DNA from: Octopus sinensis
Taxonomy: Eukaryota
Direction: 5' to 3'
Assembly: GCF_006345805.1 (NCBI RefSeq)
Contig: NC_043010.1
Location: 26,288,001-26,352,000, forward strand
Length of the DNA stretch: 64,000 bases
Both the position numbers and the translations under genes were made by a program. This document shows positions 11,216 to 25,466 of the stretch, piece after piece (the stretch's first letter is position 1; every line of letters begins with the position of its first letter). Under the pieces are notes generated by a model, which had not been told where the DNA came from, made no database searches, and saw only the letters and a list, made by a program, of their open reading frames with translations.

Positions 11216-11841
11216 TGACACTTAAGCAAAATGCTAAGCGAGATCGAACCGGGGACCTCGTAGATTGCGATGTTAATTTCTTAAGCATTCGGCTACGTTT
11301 GTTTCCATGTATATACGTATTTATATCCAGCCAGTCAGCCAGCCAGCTAGCCATCTATACAAGCGCGCGCGCACACACACACACACATCTACGTGCTGGC
11401 ATGCATGCATCCGTCCACACATTCATCTATTCAATCATATATCAATCCAAGTACACATACATACAAACACATACATACATACACATATGCACCACAGACA
11501 AACATATATGCATACATATAACCACACACATATATATAGGTACATAATGTGATGAATAAGAGAAGCATTCTTGTAAACTATTTTCCTTCATCTCAATAAA
11601 TATGAAAACATGAAAAAGAAAATAATGAATAAAATAAATACATAATTCAAACGATAACATCATGGAATATAATAAACCAAAGTAAATGGAAACCCGTCTG
11701 TGTGTGTGTGTGCATAATAAATATACGCATCACTTTCAGTCCCTGCTTGTGTGTGTGAACATATATATATATATATATATAAAGTTAATCCAAACAAGAA
11801 AAACTAAGGACAACAACGCAAGGATGGGGAAACAAATAAAG

Positions 11842-11845
<4 letters not shown>

Positions 11846-11926
<81 letters not shown>

Positions 11927-12357
11927 TATATACATATATACATATACATATTACATATATATACATATACATATATACATATACATATACATATATACCT
12001 ATACATAACATAATACATAACATATACATATATACCTATACATATACATATATTACATATATATATAAATATTATATATATACATATAATAATACATATA
12101 TATATACATATATATATATATACATATATATACATATATATATATACAAATATATATATATATACACATAATATACATATATATATACATAATATATACA
12201 TATATATATATACATATATTATATATATATACATATATATGTTGTATATATATATATATAGATATATATAGATATATATTATATATCTGTATATATATAT
12301 ATACGTATATATATATATGTATACGTATATATATATATGTATACATATATATATATA
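11846..12357. repeat. (TA)n/(TACA)n microsatellite array
   Basis: About 500 bp of TA/TACA repeats. Confidence 0.95.
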
Positions 12358-12358
12358 T

Positions 12359-13572
12359 TCCTTGTACATCGGACAAGGGACGCCGCTGGCTGACCGGTTC
12401 GCGGAAACACCTTTCGTGACATCCATTGCGAACGACACACCGGTCCACGCCATTTCCGCTCCACTGGTCACTCCTTGCAACACCTATCTGTGTTCGGTTT
12501 GTCCTTACACAGAGGCCCATCCGGATTCCCGTTTGCGCCCGTGGAACAGGAATAATCTTCTCTCTTCGCTCTTATACGCCATTTGGTCTCAACTCTCCCT
12601 CCCTCCTCATCTAACCCCCTCTCCCCCCTCCTCACCTATCCTTTCTTCCCCCGACCCCTATTTCTTCAGTCCCTCATCCTTTCACCCCTACTCCTTCCCT
12701 TCTTCCCCTCTTTCTCCCTCCCTCTTTCCCCTTCCTCTGCTCCCTCACTCCCTCTCTCCCTCTCTCTTCCCCCTCTCCCTCTTTCCTCCTTCATCCCCCT
12801 CCCTCCCCTTCCTTCTCCCCAATCCTCTCCTCTTCCCCCTTCTCCTCCCCCTCTTCTTCCCCTCCCCTTCTCTCCCCCTCTTCTCCCCCTCCCCTATTCT
12901 CCTCACTACACCACACATGACTTTACACATCACATCACATATGATGTGGCCCATAATAATACACACACCATAATACATACTAATACGTACTAATACATAC
13001 TAGTACATACTAATACTTACACCAACCCTATACATACACACGTCCAGACCCCGCATACGCCTTATACTCTCTCTCACACACACACACACACACCTATACA
13101 TACCAATACGTACTAATTACATACTAATACATCACCAACCCCATACATACGCACGTCCAGACCAATCCTATGCACTAATACTCTCTCATACACACACACA
13201 ACCCTTATTACATACTAATACATACACCAACCCTATACATACAACATCCAGACCCTCCCACGCACTTTTAGCTGGTCCCCTCAACCCGTTATCAACCCTA
13301 TTATCTCCTTATTTCGCTCTCGCGTCTCATGTTTGATCTTGACCTCTGGCCGAAATCAGATCGCCATGTGATTCGTGTAGCTACTGCACGCTTTTTTTCT
13401 CTCCTTCTTTCTGTGTTTTCTCTCTCTGTGTATCTTTCTGTTGAAGAGCGTAGGGCTCGAAACGTTAAAGACTTGTTTTATTTATATTTCCTGAGCGCCA
13501 TACTAATACAATTGTTCGTTTGTTTTCCACCTGCCTTCGTCTTTTGTTTATTTTCATTAAAGCTTCCCGTTA
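12359..13572 (+). mobile_element. 5'-truncated Neptune-like Penelope element (GIY-YIG remnant, C/T-rich 3' UTR, pLTR)
   Basis: 12359-12596 encodes, with frameshifts, LYIGQ..LADRFAE(H)..[22 protein letters not shown]. This is followed by a polypyrimidine tract and a pLTR with a minimal hammerhead-like motif at 13433-13471. Bounded by (TA)n. Confidence 0.8.
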
Positions 13573-13604
<32 letters not shown>

Positions 13605-13768
13605 TAGTTAATCCAAACATGAAAACACAAAGAGAAAACACAACAACGCGAGGACGTGGAACAAATATAGTATTATTGGACGGTCAGGAAAGAAGGAAAG
13701 AAGGAGGGTTTAACGTTTCGAGCGGAGCTCTTCGTCGGAAACATAGGAGAAGGAAAGATCCAGAGAAC
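13605..13768 (-). mobile_element. Solo PLE pLTR (second Neptune-like family) with minimal hammerhead at 13708-13742
   Basis: Minus strand GTTT-CCGACGA-AGAGCTCCGCTC-GAAACGTTA-AAC. Same family at 60955-61415; end fragment at 11782-11845. Confidence 0.75.
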
Positions 13769-14565
13769 ACACACACACACACCACAAGACGCACAAATAT
13801 GTATGTATGTATGTATGAATGTGTGTATGTATGTATGTATGTATGTATGTATGTATGTATGTATGTATGTGTGTGTGTATGTATGAATGTGTACACGCTT
13901 ATATATCAACACAGACTTTTGTAACACTCTATCAAGGAACTGAATCTCACATTTCCTCTTCCCCTCACACATATCCATACATATACACATTTCCAGACGT
14001 ACACGTACACACACACAAACAGTTTATTTCAAAGACACGCGCAGACAAACGTAAACATCCTCTCACATTCTTGTTTTGTATTTTTCCTTCTCATACACTT
14101 TCACCAAAAACATATATATACTCTCACATAAATGTATTTGTGTGTGTGTGTGCGTGTATGTATATATACATATATACACATACATACACACACGCACATA
14201 TTTACACTTTTCAACACATTTTCAACCGTATACTCATACATGAATCTAAACACAGACATACATTCATACACTTACATACATATAAGCATGCATACATACA
14301 GGCACCCACACATACATAGTATGCATTACATACACATACTTAACGTACTACCCATGCATACACACAAAGCTAATACAGGTAAACAAACAATACATACACA
14401 CGTACCTACACTCACGTACATACCTGTGCATGAATACATACCGTTACATACTTATATATGCACATATTCACGTACTTACCCTCATCTATATAAACACTTG
14501 CATACGTACCCTTATATACATGCACTAACGTAAATACATTCACGTATGTACCCATGCGTACATAC

Positions 14566-14616
<51 letters not shown>

Positions 14617-16499
14617 CGCATACACATTTTCACGTACATGCTCATTCACACACTTGCGTACGTACCATTATGTACCCACATGCACGTACATACACTAACA
14701 TGCATTCACGTACGTGTCTAAGTATGCATACGTGCACGTATGCACAAACATACACTAAAGTAAAATTCATTTACATACATACATGCACACATATTCACAT
14801 AAGAACACAAATATACACTTATGTACCCATGCATACACATAAATACGTACCCATACATACACACACTTGCATGCGTACTCCTATGTAAACACATACATAT
14901 ATACATCCATACTCACGTACGGACCCACCTATACATACATCTATCACGTACGTACACATTACCATTAACTCATACATACACACACACACACACACTCACA
15001 GCACAACATATTTACGTCTCACATACACACACACATTAAATTCTTCGAAAAAAAATTAAAAAATGGTCGTCTGCATTTTCAAAAATTTCTTTTAAAGGAA
15101 TGTGACATTGTTTTTTCTGAGTGGATACATCAGATAAAATGGAGGGAAGAGATGCTCTGTGCACCACCATCGTGTTTTGTAAATAATAGTTAGTCATATA
15201 CTAAAACGATGATCCTATGCAACCAACAGAACACATTTTTCTTTCAATTTTGTAACAGACTCTCATACATGCAACACAAACGCACACGCCACTCACACTT
15301 ACACTCCCTCTCACTCAAACACATTTACACTCAGACACTGGCTCCCTTTCATACACACGTACGCATATCCTCCCCCCTCGTATAAACACTGGCTCTCTTG
15401 CATACACATGTACACACATCCTCTTTCTCTTTCTCTTACACTCATACGCACTCACACTCAAACATTGGCTCTTTTACATACACTCATACATTTCCTCCCT
15501 CTCTCTCTCTCTCTTTCACTCTATCACTTGCACTCATAAACACTGGCGCTCTGCATACACACGTACATATGTACTCTCTTTCTCTCTCCCTCCTCTCTCA
15601 CATGCACCCACACTCATAAACACTGGCTCTTTTACACACACATGCACACATATCCTCTCTTTCTGTGATACATATACACACGCACACACATGGGCACTTT
15701 GCACACACACACACACTCTCTTTTCTTTCACACGAGCGCAGACAAACATACACACAAATATATACACACTTTGTTCGGCTTGCGTGCCTTCCTCTTCCCT
15801 TCACATTTTCACTCACACACATTCTTTACTCTCTCTCTCATACAAAGTTTCTCTCTCACATAGTTTCTTACTATCTCTCTCTCTCTCTCTCTCTTTCTCA
15901 CGTATACCCATCATTTCACTCATTCTCTCTTTTTGTCTCTCTCTCACTCACATACACACCTTTCTCAAACAATTTTCTATCTTTCACCCCCTACACTAAC
16001 TCTCTCCCTCCCCCTCTCTCTCTCTCACTCTATTATCCTTGCTACGTGAAGTTCGCTTCACCATTTTTCTAAGTGACACGCATCGACTTTTAGGTGCTCA
16101 AGATGAGATCAGATGGTGGAACCCTGTTGACATTTGGTCTGGTTGTAAACGTGTATCCATCTGTCTGTCTATCGATCTTTCAGTCTTATTGTCTTACTAT
16201 CTCCTCGTCTCTCTCTCTCTCTCATACGTACGTACGTACGTACATACACATACATACATACATACATACATACATACATACATACATACATACAAGTTTG
16301 GTGATGCAAGAAAATAGAAATCAAAACATGAGTAAATACATGTTTTTGTTTATTAATAATCGGTTCAAGTTACAGAGTGACTCAGGGCCAACGCACGAAA
16401 CTCTCGGCCCATGAGTCACTCTGTAACTTCTGCCGATTATTAATCTTTAAAAAATTACATGTACTGATATGCACACATATATAATACACACATACAAAA

Positions 16500-16546
<47 letters not shown>

Positions 16547-16700
16547 CATACATGAGTCGTCTAAGAGTCCGTAAGTCAGGGGAAAGATGCTCTCGTATAT
16601 GTCATTTCGAATAACAACCATAAACATATAGATTCATATGTATATATGTGCAAGGCAGACAGACAGACAGATAGGTAGATAGATAGGTAGATAGATAGAC

Positions 16701-16751
<51 letters not shown>

Positions 16752-16836
16752 TAGGTAGATAGATAGATAAGTAGATAGATAGATAGATTGATACATACAT
16801 ACATACATACATACATACATACATACATACATACAT

Positions 16837-16967
16837 AAGTTTCTTCATTGGCCACACAGGGCTGCACACAAATGGTACAAATTACAAGGTAGAGCTTTTC
16901 TTTTGGGGGATGAGAAAAAAAAAGTGGCTTAGGTTTTCGATCAAAAGGGATCGTAAAAGGGAAAAAA

Positions 16968-16998
<31 letters not shown>

Positions 16999-17894
16999 AA
17001 AAAAGAAACAAAAAAGAAAGAAAAAGAAGAAGAAAAAAAGGGGAAGAGGAAAAAAAAACGATCAATAGGGATCGTGTATCACAGGGTCATGATGTACGGT
17101 GTAAAAAGGGAGGCAGATAAGGTTTATCCGTGGGAAGAAAAGCCTACGAAAAAGACCACGGTAACCTCGGTCAATATTGTTATGTGTTACCACATTTGTT
17201 TGCAAGTGGGTAACCCTCTGTTTTCAATTTCTGGGTTCATAGGATTATGCCCAAGGTGGCTTCGTCATTCATCGTGCCATCTTGCTACATTCACCCATCT
17301 TTTTTTTTAAACATTCGCTAGACAAAACTTGCCTCTCTACTCTCACTTTCCTTTTCAAGTGGTACTTGAAGAAGTTGATGAGAGATTGACCAGAGAGGAA
17401 AGTGTTTGTCTCCAATCCTTTCAGACGCGTCCAACAGATACATTCTTTCGCCATAGCCACAAGGATGATTGAAAAACAGCTCTTCCTTCCCGTTTGAAGG
17501 AAGGAGGCGTGACAATATTGACGATAGACTCAGCTGATAAACCGACTCGTCCCACCGTGACAGGCATTTGTTCGACATAGCCCACAGGTTGGAAATTGTT
17601 GGACACTGCACGAGTGCGTGCAGAACGGTTTCGTCGCTCTGACCGCATCTCGGGCAGGTCGGCCGCGTGTTTCTCGAGCCGGGTCTGTAGAGCTTATCCC
17701 GAACGGGTAGCGCTTCTCGGTAGCACTGCCAGGCCAGGGATCTCTGGAAGTTGTCCATGGGCCCTGGCCCAAAAGTCGTCCCGAACAGGCGGGTCAGGTA
17801 TTCCTCGTCGACGTCCAGGTTCGCCCCGAGCTCGTCGTCGTACCTCCCCTCCACTAATCCCCTATAGAATGCTTGTAAAGTTAAGTTGCATCGA
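16837..17894 (-). mobile_element. Tx1/L1-group non-LTR retrotransposon 3' fragment (zf-RVT CCHC region plus 3' UTR)
   Basis: ORF 17318-18292(-) contains RSLAWQCYREALPVRDKL..CPRCGQSDETVLHALVQC. 3' end CAGCCCTGTGTGGCCAATGAAGAAACTTA runs into (TGTA)n. Confidence 0.85.
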
Positions 17895-17947
17895 GGTAGG
17901 TAGGTAGGTAGGTAGGTGGTAGGTAGGTAGGTAGGTAGGTAGGTAGG

Positions 17948-18010
<63 letters not shown>

Positions 18011-18048
18011 GTAGGTAAGTAGGTAGGTAGGTAGGTAGGTAGGTAGAT

Positions 18049-18593
18049 AAGTTTCTTTATTGGCCACACAGGGCTGCACACAGATGGGACGAATTACAAG
18101 GTAGAGCTTTTCTTTTTGGGAATGAAAAAAAAACAAAAAAGAGAAACAAAAAAAAAGTGGCGTAGGTTTTCGATCAAAAGGGATCGTGAAAGGGAAAAAA
18201 GAAGAAAAAAGAGAAACAAAAAGAAACAAAAGAAAAGAAAAAGGAAAACAGAAAAAAGAGGGAAAAAAGAGGAAAAAAAGAAAAACGATCAATAGGGATC
18301 GTGTATCACAGTGTCATGATGTACGGAGTAAAGGGGGGAAGCGGATGAGGTTTATCCGTGGGAAGAAAAGCCTACGAAAAAGACCATGGTAACCTCGGTC
18401 AATATTGTATATGTTCCACATTTGTTTGCAAGTGGGTAACCCTCTGTTTTCAATTTCTGGGTTATAGGACTAGCTCAAGGTGGCTCGTCATTCATACGTG
18501 CCATCCTTGCGACATTCCACCCATCTTTTTTTAAAACATTCGCTAGATAAAACTTGCCTCTCTACTCTCACTTTCCTTTTCAAGTGGTACTTG

Positions 18594-18598
<5 letters not shown>
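18049..18598 (-). mobile_element. Second, shorter copy of the same Tx1-like element
   Basis: Closely similar to 16837-17375; flanked by (TAGG)n/(TAGA)n. Confidence 0.85.
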
Positions 18599-18690
<92 letters not shown>

Positions 18691-18964
18691 AAACTGGACT
18701 TAATCCGTCATCCAGATTAAAATCATCGCCTGGCTCCTTGAGTGCCGTTAACGGAGTTCATTCTATTGTAAACTATGAGGCTAAGTTTCCCATTTGAGAG
18801 TACCTCCCTCTCTCCCTCCGACCAGTTTTAGAGGCTCTGTAAAGGATCGCAAGAGCATTGCCCTTCCCCACTGATTAAAACTGGGGATGGGGGGTATGGG
18901 TATATGCCAGCATGTACGTGCCAACCACAAAGACGCAATTGTTTTCACGGGAACTTCGTCATTT

Positions 18965-19105
18965 ATCGATAAACTGCGTCCCTCGGGATTTCCTGACAGA
19001 CACCTCTGAAGAAAAATTACCTTGAATATTTTTAGCAGTGCGGCCTGCCAGATGAAGTTCTCTGTCTCTTTTTTTGGGTGGAAAAATAAAGGGTGCCCAA
19101 CCCTG
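18965..19105. mobile_element. Decayed hAT-type MITE; related copy at about 20378-20505
   Basis: CAGGGTTGGGCACCC terminus and GCCGCACT.CTAAAA.ATT..CAAGGTAATTTTT shared with 20422-20455. Confidence 0.45.
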
Positions 19106-19476
19106 TTCTTCGTTGTCGTTCGACCAGTTAGAAATAGCTAGCTGGTCCCGAAACAGCTAACTGGTCCGTACCATCCCGAAATGAGGAAAGGACACATTAG
19201 ATACAGTCCTAAATATCTTCCCTCATCTGACGAAATGGCCATCTGACGGGAATGTCAACTCGGTCAGGGCTAACCTGGGACTAAACAACACCAGCTTTCA
19301 GTTTTAATCTTGATCGTTGAGAATTTGTGCGTGTGTGTATGCATATAAAACACACTGCAAAGACATCACAAAAACTGTTACAGTTTCATGTTCCCGTTCG
19401 TCGGATTGAGAATGGAACAAAAATAAGGTTATATGCATAAATATACAATTATGTTGGTAGATACACATTTGTGTGA

Positions 19477-19547
<71 letters not shown>

Positions 19548-22022
19548 TGTATATGTATATATATATATAATATATATATAAAGTGGTAGAAAACTGTCAA
19601 CAGTTTCTGTTTTCGGGAAACGAACAAACGAAGGAGTCTTTGAGCAACTTGCGGCCCGAGGGACACTGCTATACACATGGCGATGATCCCTGCTTTATGC
19701 ATCTTGCTTTTCGAAAAAGGTTGCCCGCGCCTCCTCTACATAACCACTCGACATGCAAGAACTAACAGCCAAAAATCTCCATCAAGTCACAACTGACTGT
19801 CTTTAAATAAAGTTATGGCAATTTGGAAAAAAAAAGACGAGACAGATTAAAAAAAAAAAAAGACAACAGTAACTTGGTTCTAGTAATTTCGGAGGAGAGT
19901 ATAACGATCAATACGACATTGGTAGATAGTTTATCGACCCCAGAAGGATAGTGGCAAAGTCGAATTCGGTGTGATTTGAACTCAGAGCTTTATTTTTGTT
20001 AATACCATATCAACTCAGCTTCGGTAAACACGTGATCAAAGACGATCACCACTTCGTTTCCAGTGGGATTATCATACCCGTTTCGTTAGAAGTGAAGTGC
20101 ATCTCCAACTGCGTTATATAATGTCCTTCTTGTAGACAATTGGGTGTCCTTCAGGGAGATTTAGTTACTACTTTTAGCAAATTGTAAGATCAAATTGTAA
20201 GTGGTCTGGTTTCGTTGCGTAAACCTGTTCTTGTTATTGTTTGGCCTCAGGTCAGTCTGATCTAGTTGTAGACTTACGATGAAAGACACTCCAGAAGTGA
20301 CCATGTTATCCCACCCTCGTAGGTTGGTGAAGGTGCTAAGTAACTATAAACCCAAATAAAAATGCAGTTCTTTAGTCCAAGCTGGAGCAACCTTTCCCGA
20401 AAAACAGGCCGCACCAGATGAGCCGCACTACTAAAACATTTCAAGGTAATTTTTTCGTAAGGCGTGCCATTCCGAATGTCCCGCGGGCCTCAGTTACTCA
20501 TGACTCGTTTAGTTCGTAATTTCACAACAATGTTTTGAGGCAAAAAGTACCTCAGGAAATGGAATGATAGAATAACAGAAGAATGGAGGAATGGAACAAC
20601 AGAATAATAGAATGACTGAGAGAAGAAGAGAATGATGGAATGAATGCTCGTGTCATTCCATTTCTTTCGTTTCTTCAACAAACGCGACGTTTGTTCGTTA
20701 AATCGAATGAAATAAAGCGATTAGATTTACAAAATAAGAACTGGAATCGGTAAAAATCGTGTCAAAGCACAGACTCGAGAAGACTCGACTTACGGTTGGT
20801 GGGGGTGGGGAGGTGGCCAATGTCACTCATTGAGAGGCGAGAGAACGTGAAATATCGATAAGAAATAGTAATGAGTTGTATGCATCCCACGCAAATCGAT
20901 ACGAGAAAGAAATAAAGAAAGAAGGAGATTAAAAGAGGTATATATAGACAGAGAAAGGGAGGGAGAAAGACTAGAAGACAGAGAGAGAAAATGAGACAGA
21001 GAAAAGAAAGAGCGACAGAGAGGGAAAGATAGACACAAGGAGACCGACAGACAGACAGAAGATAGATAGCTAGAGACAGAAAGGGAGAGACAAAGAGTGA
21101 AAGACTGAGAGAAATAGAGAGGGGGTGAGGAAACAAGCAGACAGAAAAAAGACAGAGAAAAAGAAACAAAGAGAGGTAGAGATGCAGGGAGAACTTAGAG
21201 ATAGAGAGACAAATAGTCAGAAGGAGAGAGAGAGAGACAAAGAGAAAAAGGGAGAAGAGATGAGGGACCCTATATAAATGAAAAAAAATTGTGGTGCTGA
21301 ATAATTCCTGTGCGTAACCTTAGAAAGGACCTGTTGCTGTTATGGTTGTTCAGCCCCTGGATCAAGTATCGGTTGACACGTTTTGTGGTGGTGGTAGAAG
21401 TGAAGGTGGTTTCTTTTGTAGATGTTTATATGTACGTGTGGTGTTTAAGCGTTTACGTGTGTGTGTGTGTGTACACCTATGTGGTGTTTGGGTGTTTATG
21501 TATGTTTTGTACGTGTATATATGTGACATTTTATGTGCATTATGTGTGATATTTTACGTGCACGTATGCACATATTTATATATGTGTGAGGTGTTTATGC
21601 ATGTGTGATATTTTGGTTGTTAATATATCTAGTATTTTGTCTATGTGTAAGTGCGTATAAGTAGTGGTGCTATTTGGCTATTATTATGTTATTATGTTAA
21701 TATTATTTTAGCCCTAGGTTAGAACAAATTGAGTAGACCTATCTACAACCAAGTGTTCCAATTGTGGCCATCGCGTTCTTTCTTTCCATCTGTTTCGGAC
21801 ATAGTGAGTCAAATATTACATTTCAAAACGTGTCTTTCTCACTAATCCCGCTTTTTCAAGACGGTTGGCATGATTTGAGGGAGATTTTACCTTCTGTTTC
21901 TAGCGGATCGAGTGACCACAGAGACTCTCTTTGATGTCTCGAGCACTGACCTGACTTAATCAATAGAAATCAGGCATCAGTAGTTCAATTAAAGCTGAAG
22001 ATTCTTGTAATTTTATTGAAGA

Positions 22023-22534
22023 CTAGCAGTATCGCCCGGCGTTGCTCGGGTTTGTAAGGGAAAAAACTATATAAGCATTTTTAGAGAGTTACTTCCCTTA
22101 TAGATGCCAATTCGGGCTTTCTTAGCCATTTCTGTTTTGGTGTCTTCAAGCCATGAAGTCGTTGTTCTAAAAGAACGCTGTCTCCTTGACAACGCTTTAC
22201 GACGTTGATTTCCTTACACTCCCTTCCCCACAGCTTCACGAGGGAGGGAAGAAGGGGGAGAAGCAAACACAGGTGCAGGTGTGACCATGGATGCCAACTC
22301 CGCCGCCATCGACACGCGAAAAAATATGCATTAAAATGGAATAAAAAATTGTTAAATTAATTTTTAAATCGTAGACTCATCGTAGACGCGCGCTAATACC
22401 CAGACGGGCTCGATATGAATCACGACTATAAGATACCCGAATTTGGTTAAACTGCACCGCAAAATGTGGGAGTAGTTAGGAATCTAAATCGAAGGGGACA
22501 GACACTCACACAACTACAGTTTTATATATATAGA
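22023..22534 (-). mobile_element. Non-autonomous Helitron (second family)
   Basis: Minus strand 5' A^TCTATATATATAAAA and 3' hairpin CCCGAGCAACGCCGGG followed by ATACTGCTAG^T. Confidence 0.8.
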
Positions 22535-22645
22535 TAATAAACATTAAATAATTTCGCTTATGTTTGTTTATCGACGTAATTTTCTTTATGATTTTCTCTT
22601 GAACCGTTTATTTCGCGGGCTTTGCTAACACACACGACTGGGTGT

Positions 22646-22737
<92 letters not shown>

Positions 22738-22939
22738 CGTGAGTGCGTGCGTGAGCGAGTGTGTGCGCGTGTGGATCTATATAGAGTCAGCATGCGTGTA
22801 AGTCGATCAATATGTACATGTGTATTATTGCTTAAATATGAGTTTACGTGGTTTGGGGTTCGTAGCTATGTTTATATATGTGGCTGAGAAGGAACGATGA
22901 TGCCTAGCTGGAGGTGTGATATCCCAAAATAAACTTGAG

Positions 22940-23300
22940 GCCGAATACCTACAAGGGCAAATATCTTCTACTATAGCCCAAGACTGACCAAAGCCTTGTG
23001 AATAGATTTGGAAGACGAAAACTGAAAGATCACCATTTGTGTATACATATGCATAAAGCCTGTGTGTATGTGTGTGTATATATGTATGTGTGTATGTCTT
23101 TTCCTTTGTGTATGCTCCCACCACACCACCAATGCTAGACAATCGGTGTTGAATTGTTTGTGTTCCCATAACTTGGCATTTCAGCAAACGAAATTGATAG
23201 AATAGGTAGCGGACTGTGAAAAATAAATACTTGGGTTCATTTGTTTGACTAAAACCCTTCAAGGTGAAACCCCAGCATGGCCACAGTCCAATAAAAGATA
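22940..23300 (+). mobile_element. SINE family A, diverged and 5'-truncated
   Basis: GGGCAAATATCTTCTACTATAGCC..GACGAAAACTGAAAGA..CCCAGCATGGCCACAGTC. Confidence 0.75.
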
Positions 23301-23530
23301 CAGGCACAATAGGTGGGGATCCCATATCAGTAGGATGATGAGGACGATGCGCTGTAAGTCCGTCGAGAAAGAAGGCCTCGAAACAGTGCATCATTTCCTC
23401 TGATGACTCCTGAAACCTGGCATCTGGTATGCTAAGTTTTCCACCGACTGCACTAGTAAAAGCAAGCTGTTTCCCAAGTCTCTAAACGTATCTTTGTTTC
23501 CGTTTTATTAGTATGGTTTCTTTGTGCGTA

Positions 23531-23990
23531 CGAGGGCGTGCTGAAAAGTTCTTGGCTCTAGGTAAAAGAAAATACAGGAGGATCAGTTATTTTATTCAAC
23601 ATATTCCCCTCTCAGATTCATACACTTATTGCAGCGGTCCTTCAGGTTCTCTAAGCCCTGTAAAAAAACTTGGAAGGTTGGGTCTCCAAATACGCTTTTC
23701 GCGATATCCTTACAGCCAAGAACTTTTCAGCACCGCCACCTCGCATGTATGTGTGTGTGTGTGTGTGTGTACACAAAGGGGTGCTGAAAAATTCCTGGCT
23801 TTAGATAAAAGAAAATACAAGAAGATCAGTTAATTACGATATTATCCAACATGTTCCCCTCTCAGATTCACACACTCATTGCAGTGGTCCTTCAATTTTT
23901 CTAAGCCCTGTAAAAGAACTCGGAAGGTTGGGCCTCTAAGCAGGCCTTTCGTAACACCCTTAATTCCTGTAATTTATAAGCACCCCTTTG
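23531..23990. mobile_element. Two adjacent mariner-type MITEs (23531-23743 and 23774-23990)
   Basis: TIR CGAGGG.GTGCTGAAAAGTTC.TGGCT and AGCCA.GAACTTTTCAGCAC..CCTCG in TA-like context; third copy at 47471-47691. Confidence 0.8.
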
Positions 23991-24666
23991 TGTGTATGCG
24001 TGTGTAGTTGTGTGGTTAAAAAGTTTACTTCCCAAACATATGGTCCCAGGTTCAGTTCCACTGCGTGGCACCTTGAATGTCTTCTACTACAGCCTAGGGA
24101 CGACCAAAGCCGAGTGAGTGAAATTAACTGAAACTGAAAGAAACCCGTCGTATGTGTGTGTGTGCGCGCGCCCATGTACAGACAGCCTGGTATCAGATTC
24201 TGTCACATCCCAAGGCAATAGGGTGAGATTCAAATGTGATTTCGCTGCTAACTTTGGCAAGTCGAACAACGAAGTTCTTCAGTTTTATGTATGTGTGCGC
24301 GCGCCTCATCTGGTTTCTTGTTTCGATGTTGTAGGAGAAAATGAGAGTATTTGTATGTATGTATCTATATGGTGTACGTGTACTTGGCGCTTGTATATGT
24401 TATGTATGTTCATGTGCGAATTTGTGTGTGTGTGTGTATACGCACACACGCATATATCCATTTTTATGTGCGTTTCTGCGCGTACGTAATTAGTAAGTTT
24501 GACAGGTCATACATACATACATACATACATGTATGTATATATGTGGTTTATAATTACGAGCGTTTGTATTTTGTGTCAATGAATGCGTGGAATGCGACGC
24601 TAGCATGTCCTTGTGTGAACATATGAATGACTGCATATATGTATATGCATGTATGTGTGGATTATA

Positions 24667-24701
<35 letters not shown>

Positions 24702-25015
24702 GCCGCGGCCTTAGGGCTAAAACATTTTAAAGGATTTTAAGGATATATTATATATGCGCGTGCACGCACACACACACACACGCATTCATACAAAAGTGGG
24801 TGATCCTGAAGTTTTACCGTTTCCAAAGACTATTTGCAGAAATAATAGTTAATTTAAGATAAGCGCACATCAAGTGATCTCGTTTTGAGACACACCGTAA
24901 ATGGAGTCTTGACAAAACCGTTGACAACATTTTGGCGGGGAGGGAGGAAAATGGTTAACAATATCCTCCAGTTCAAAACATTTCGCAGTCTCTCTCTCTC
25001 TCTCTCTCTCTTTAT

Positions 25016-25048
<33 letters not shown>

Positions 25049-25244
25049 TATTATATATATATATATATGTTAAGGTATGTAGAAAAATACAACACGGACA
25101 AGAACGAAACTCATAGAAGACGATACAATAAACATGGACAGACATTCGAACCCCTCAGTCTTCAGTCAAGAACCGGCTCATCGTAGTAATTTCGGCTGAT
25201 TAATATATATATATTATATATATATAATATATATATATATATAA

Positions 25245-25466
25245 TATACAATATGTTACATTACTCGGTAGTCAAGATAAAATTCTGAGTTTCAGATGCC
25301 GAAGTGGAAATCCACAACACAATCTCTTCGGTTATCTGGCTAGATACAGATAACCGAAGAGATGGTGTTGTGGTTCCACTTCGGCATCTGAAACTCAGAG
25401 TCTTATCTTGACTACCGAGTAATGTAAATATTGTATAGATAAATTTCCTCTATCTTACCGTTTTAT

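Noticed and set aside
12317-12993. Pro/Ser/Leu-rich ORFs as host genes
   Set aside because: They are a frameshifted PLE endonuclease remnant running into a polypyrimidine UTR.
16040-16160. Unique-looking island between microsatellites (minus strand DGYTFTTRPNVNRVPPSDLILST*)
   Set aside because: Purine-rich acceptor context and no supporting homology.
23330-23435. Hammerhead-like words ATGATGAGGAC..CTCGAAAC and CTGATGACTCCTGAAACC..GGTA
   Set aside because: I could not form convincing stems I and II together with a valid cleavage triplet.
25070-25203. TA-flanked repeat with CTGAAGA..TCGAAT on the minus strand
   Set aside because: Probably another PLE end, but GAAA and stem II are not intact, so it is not counted as a ribozyme.
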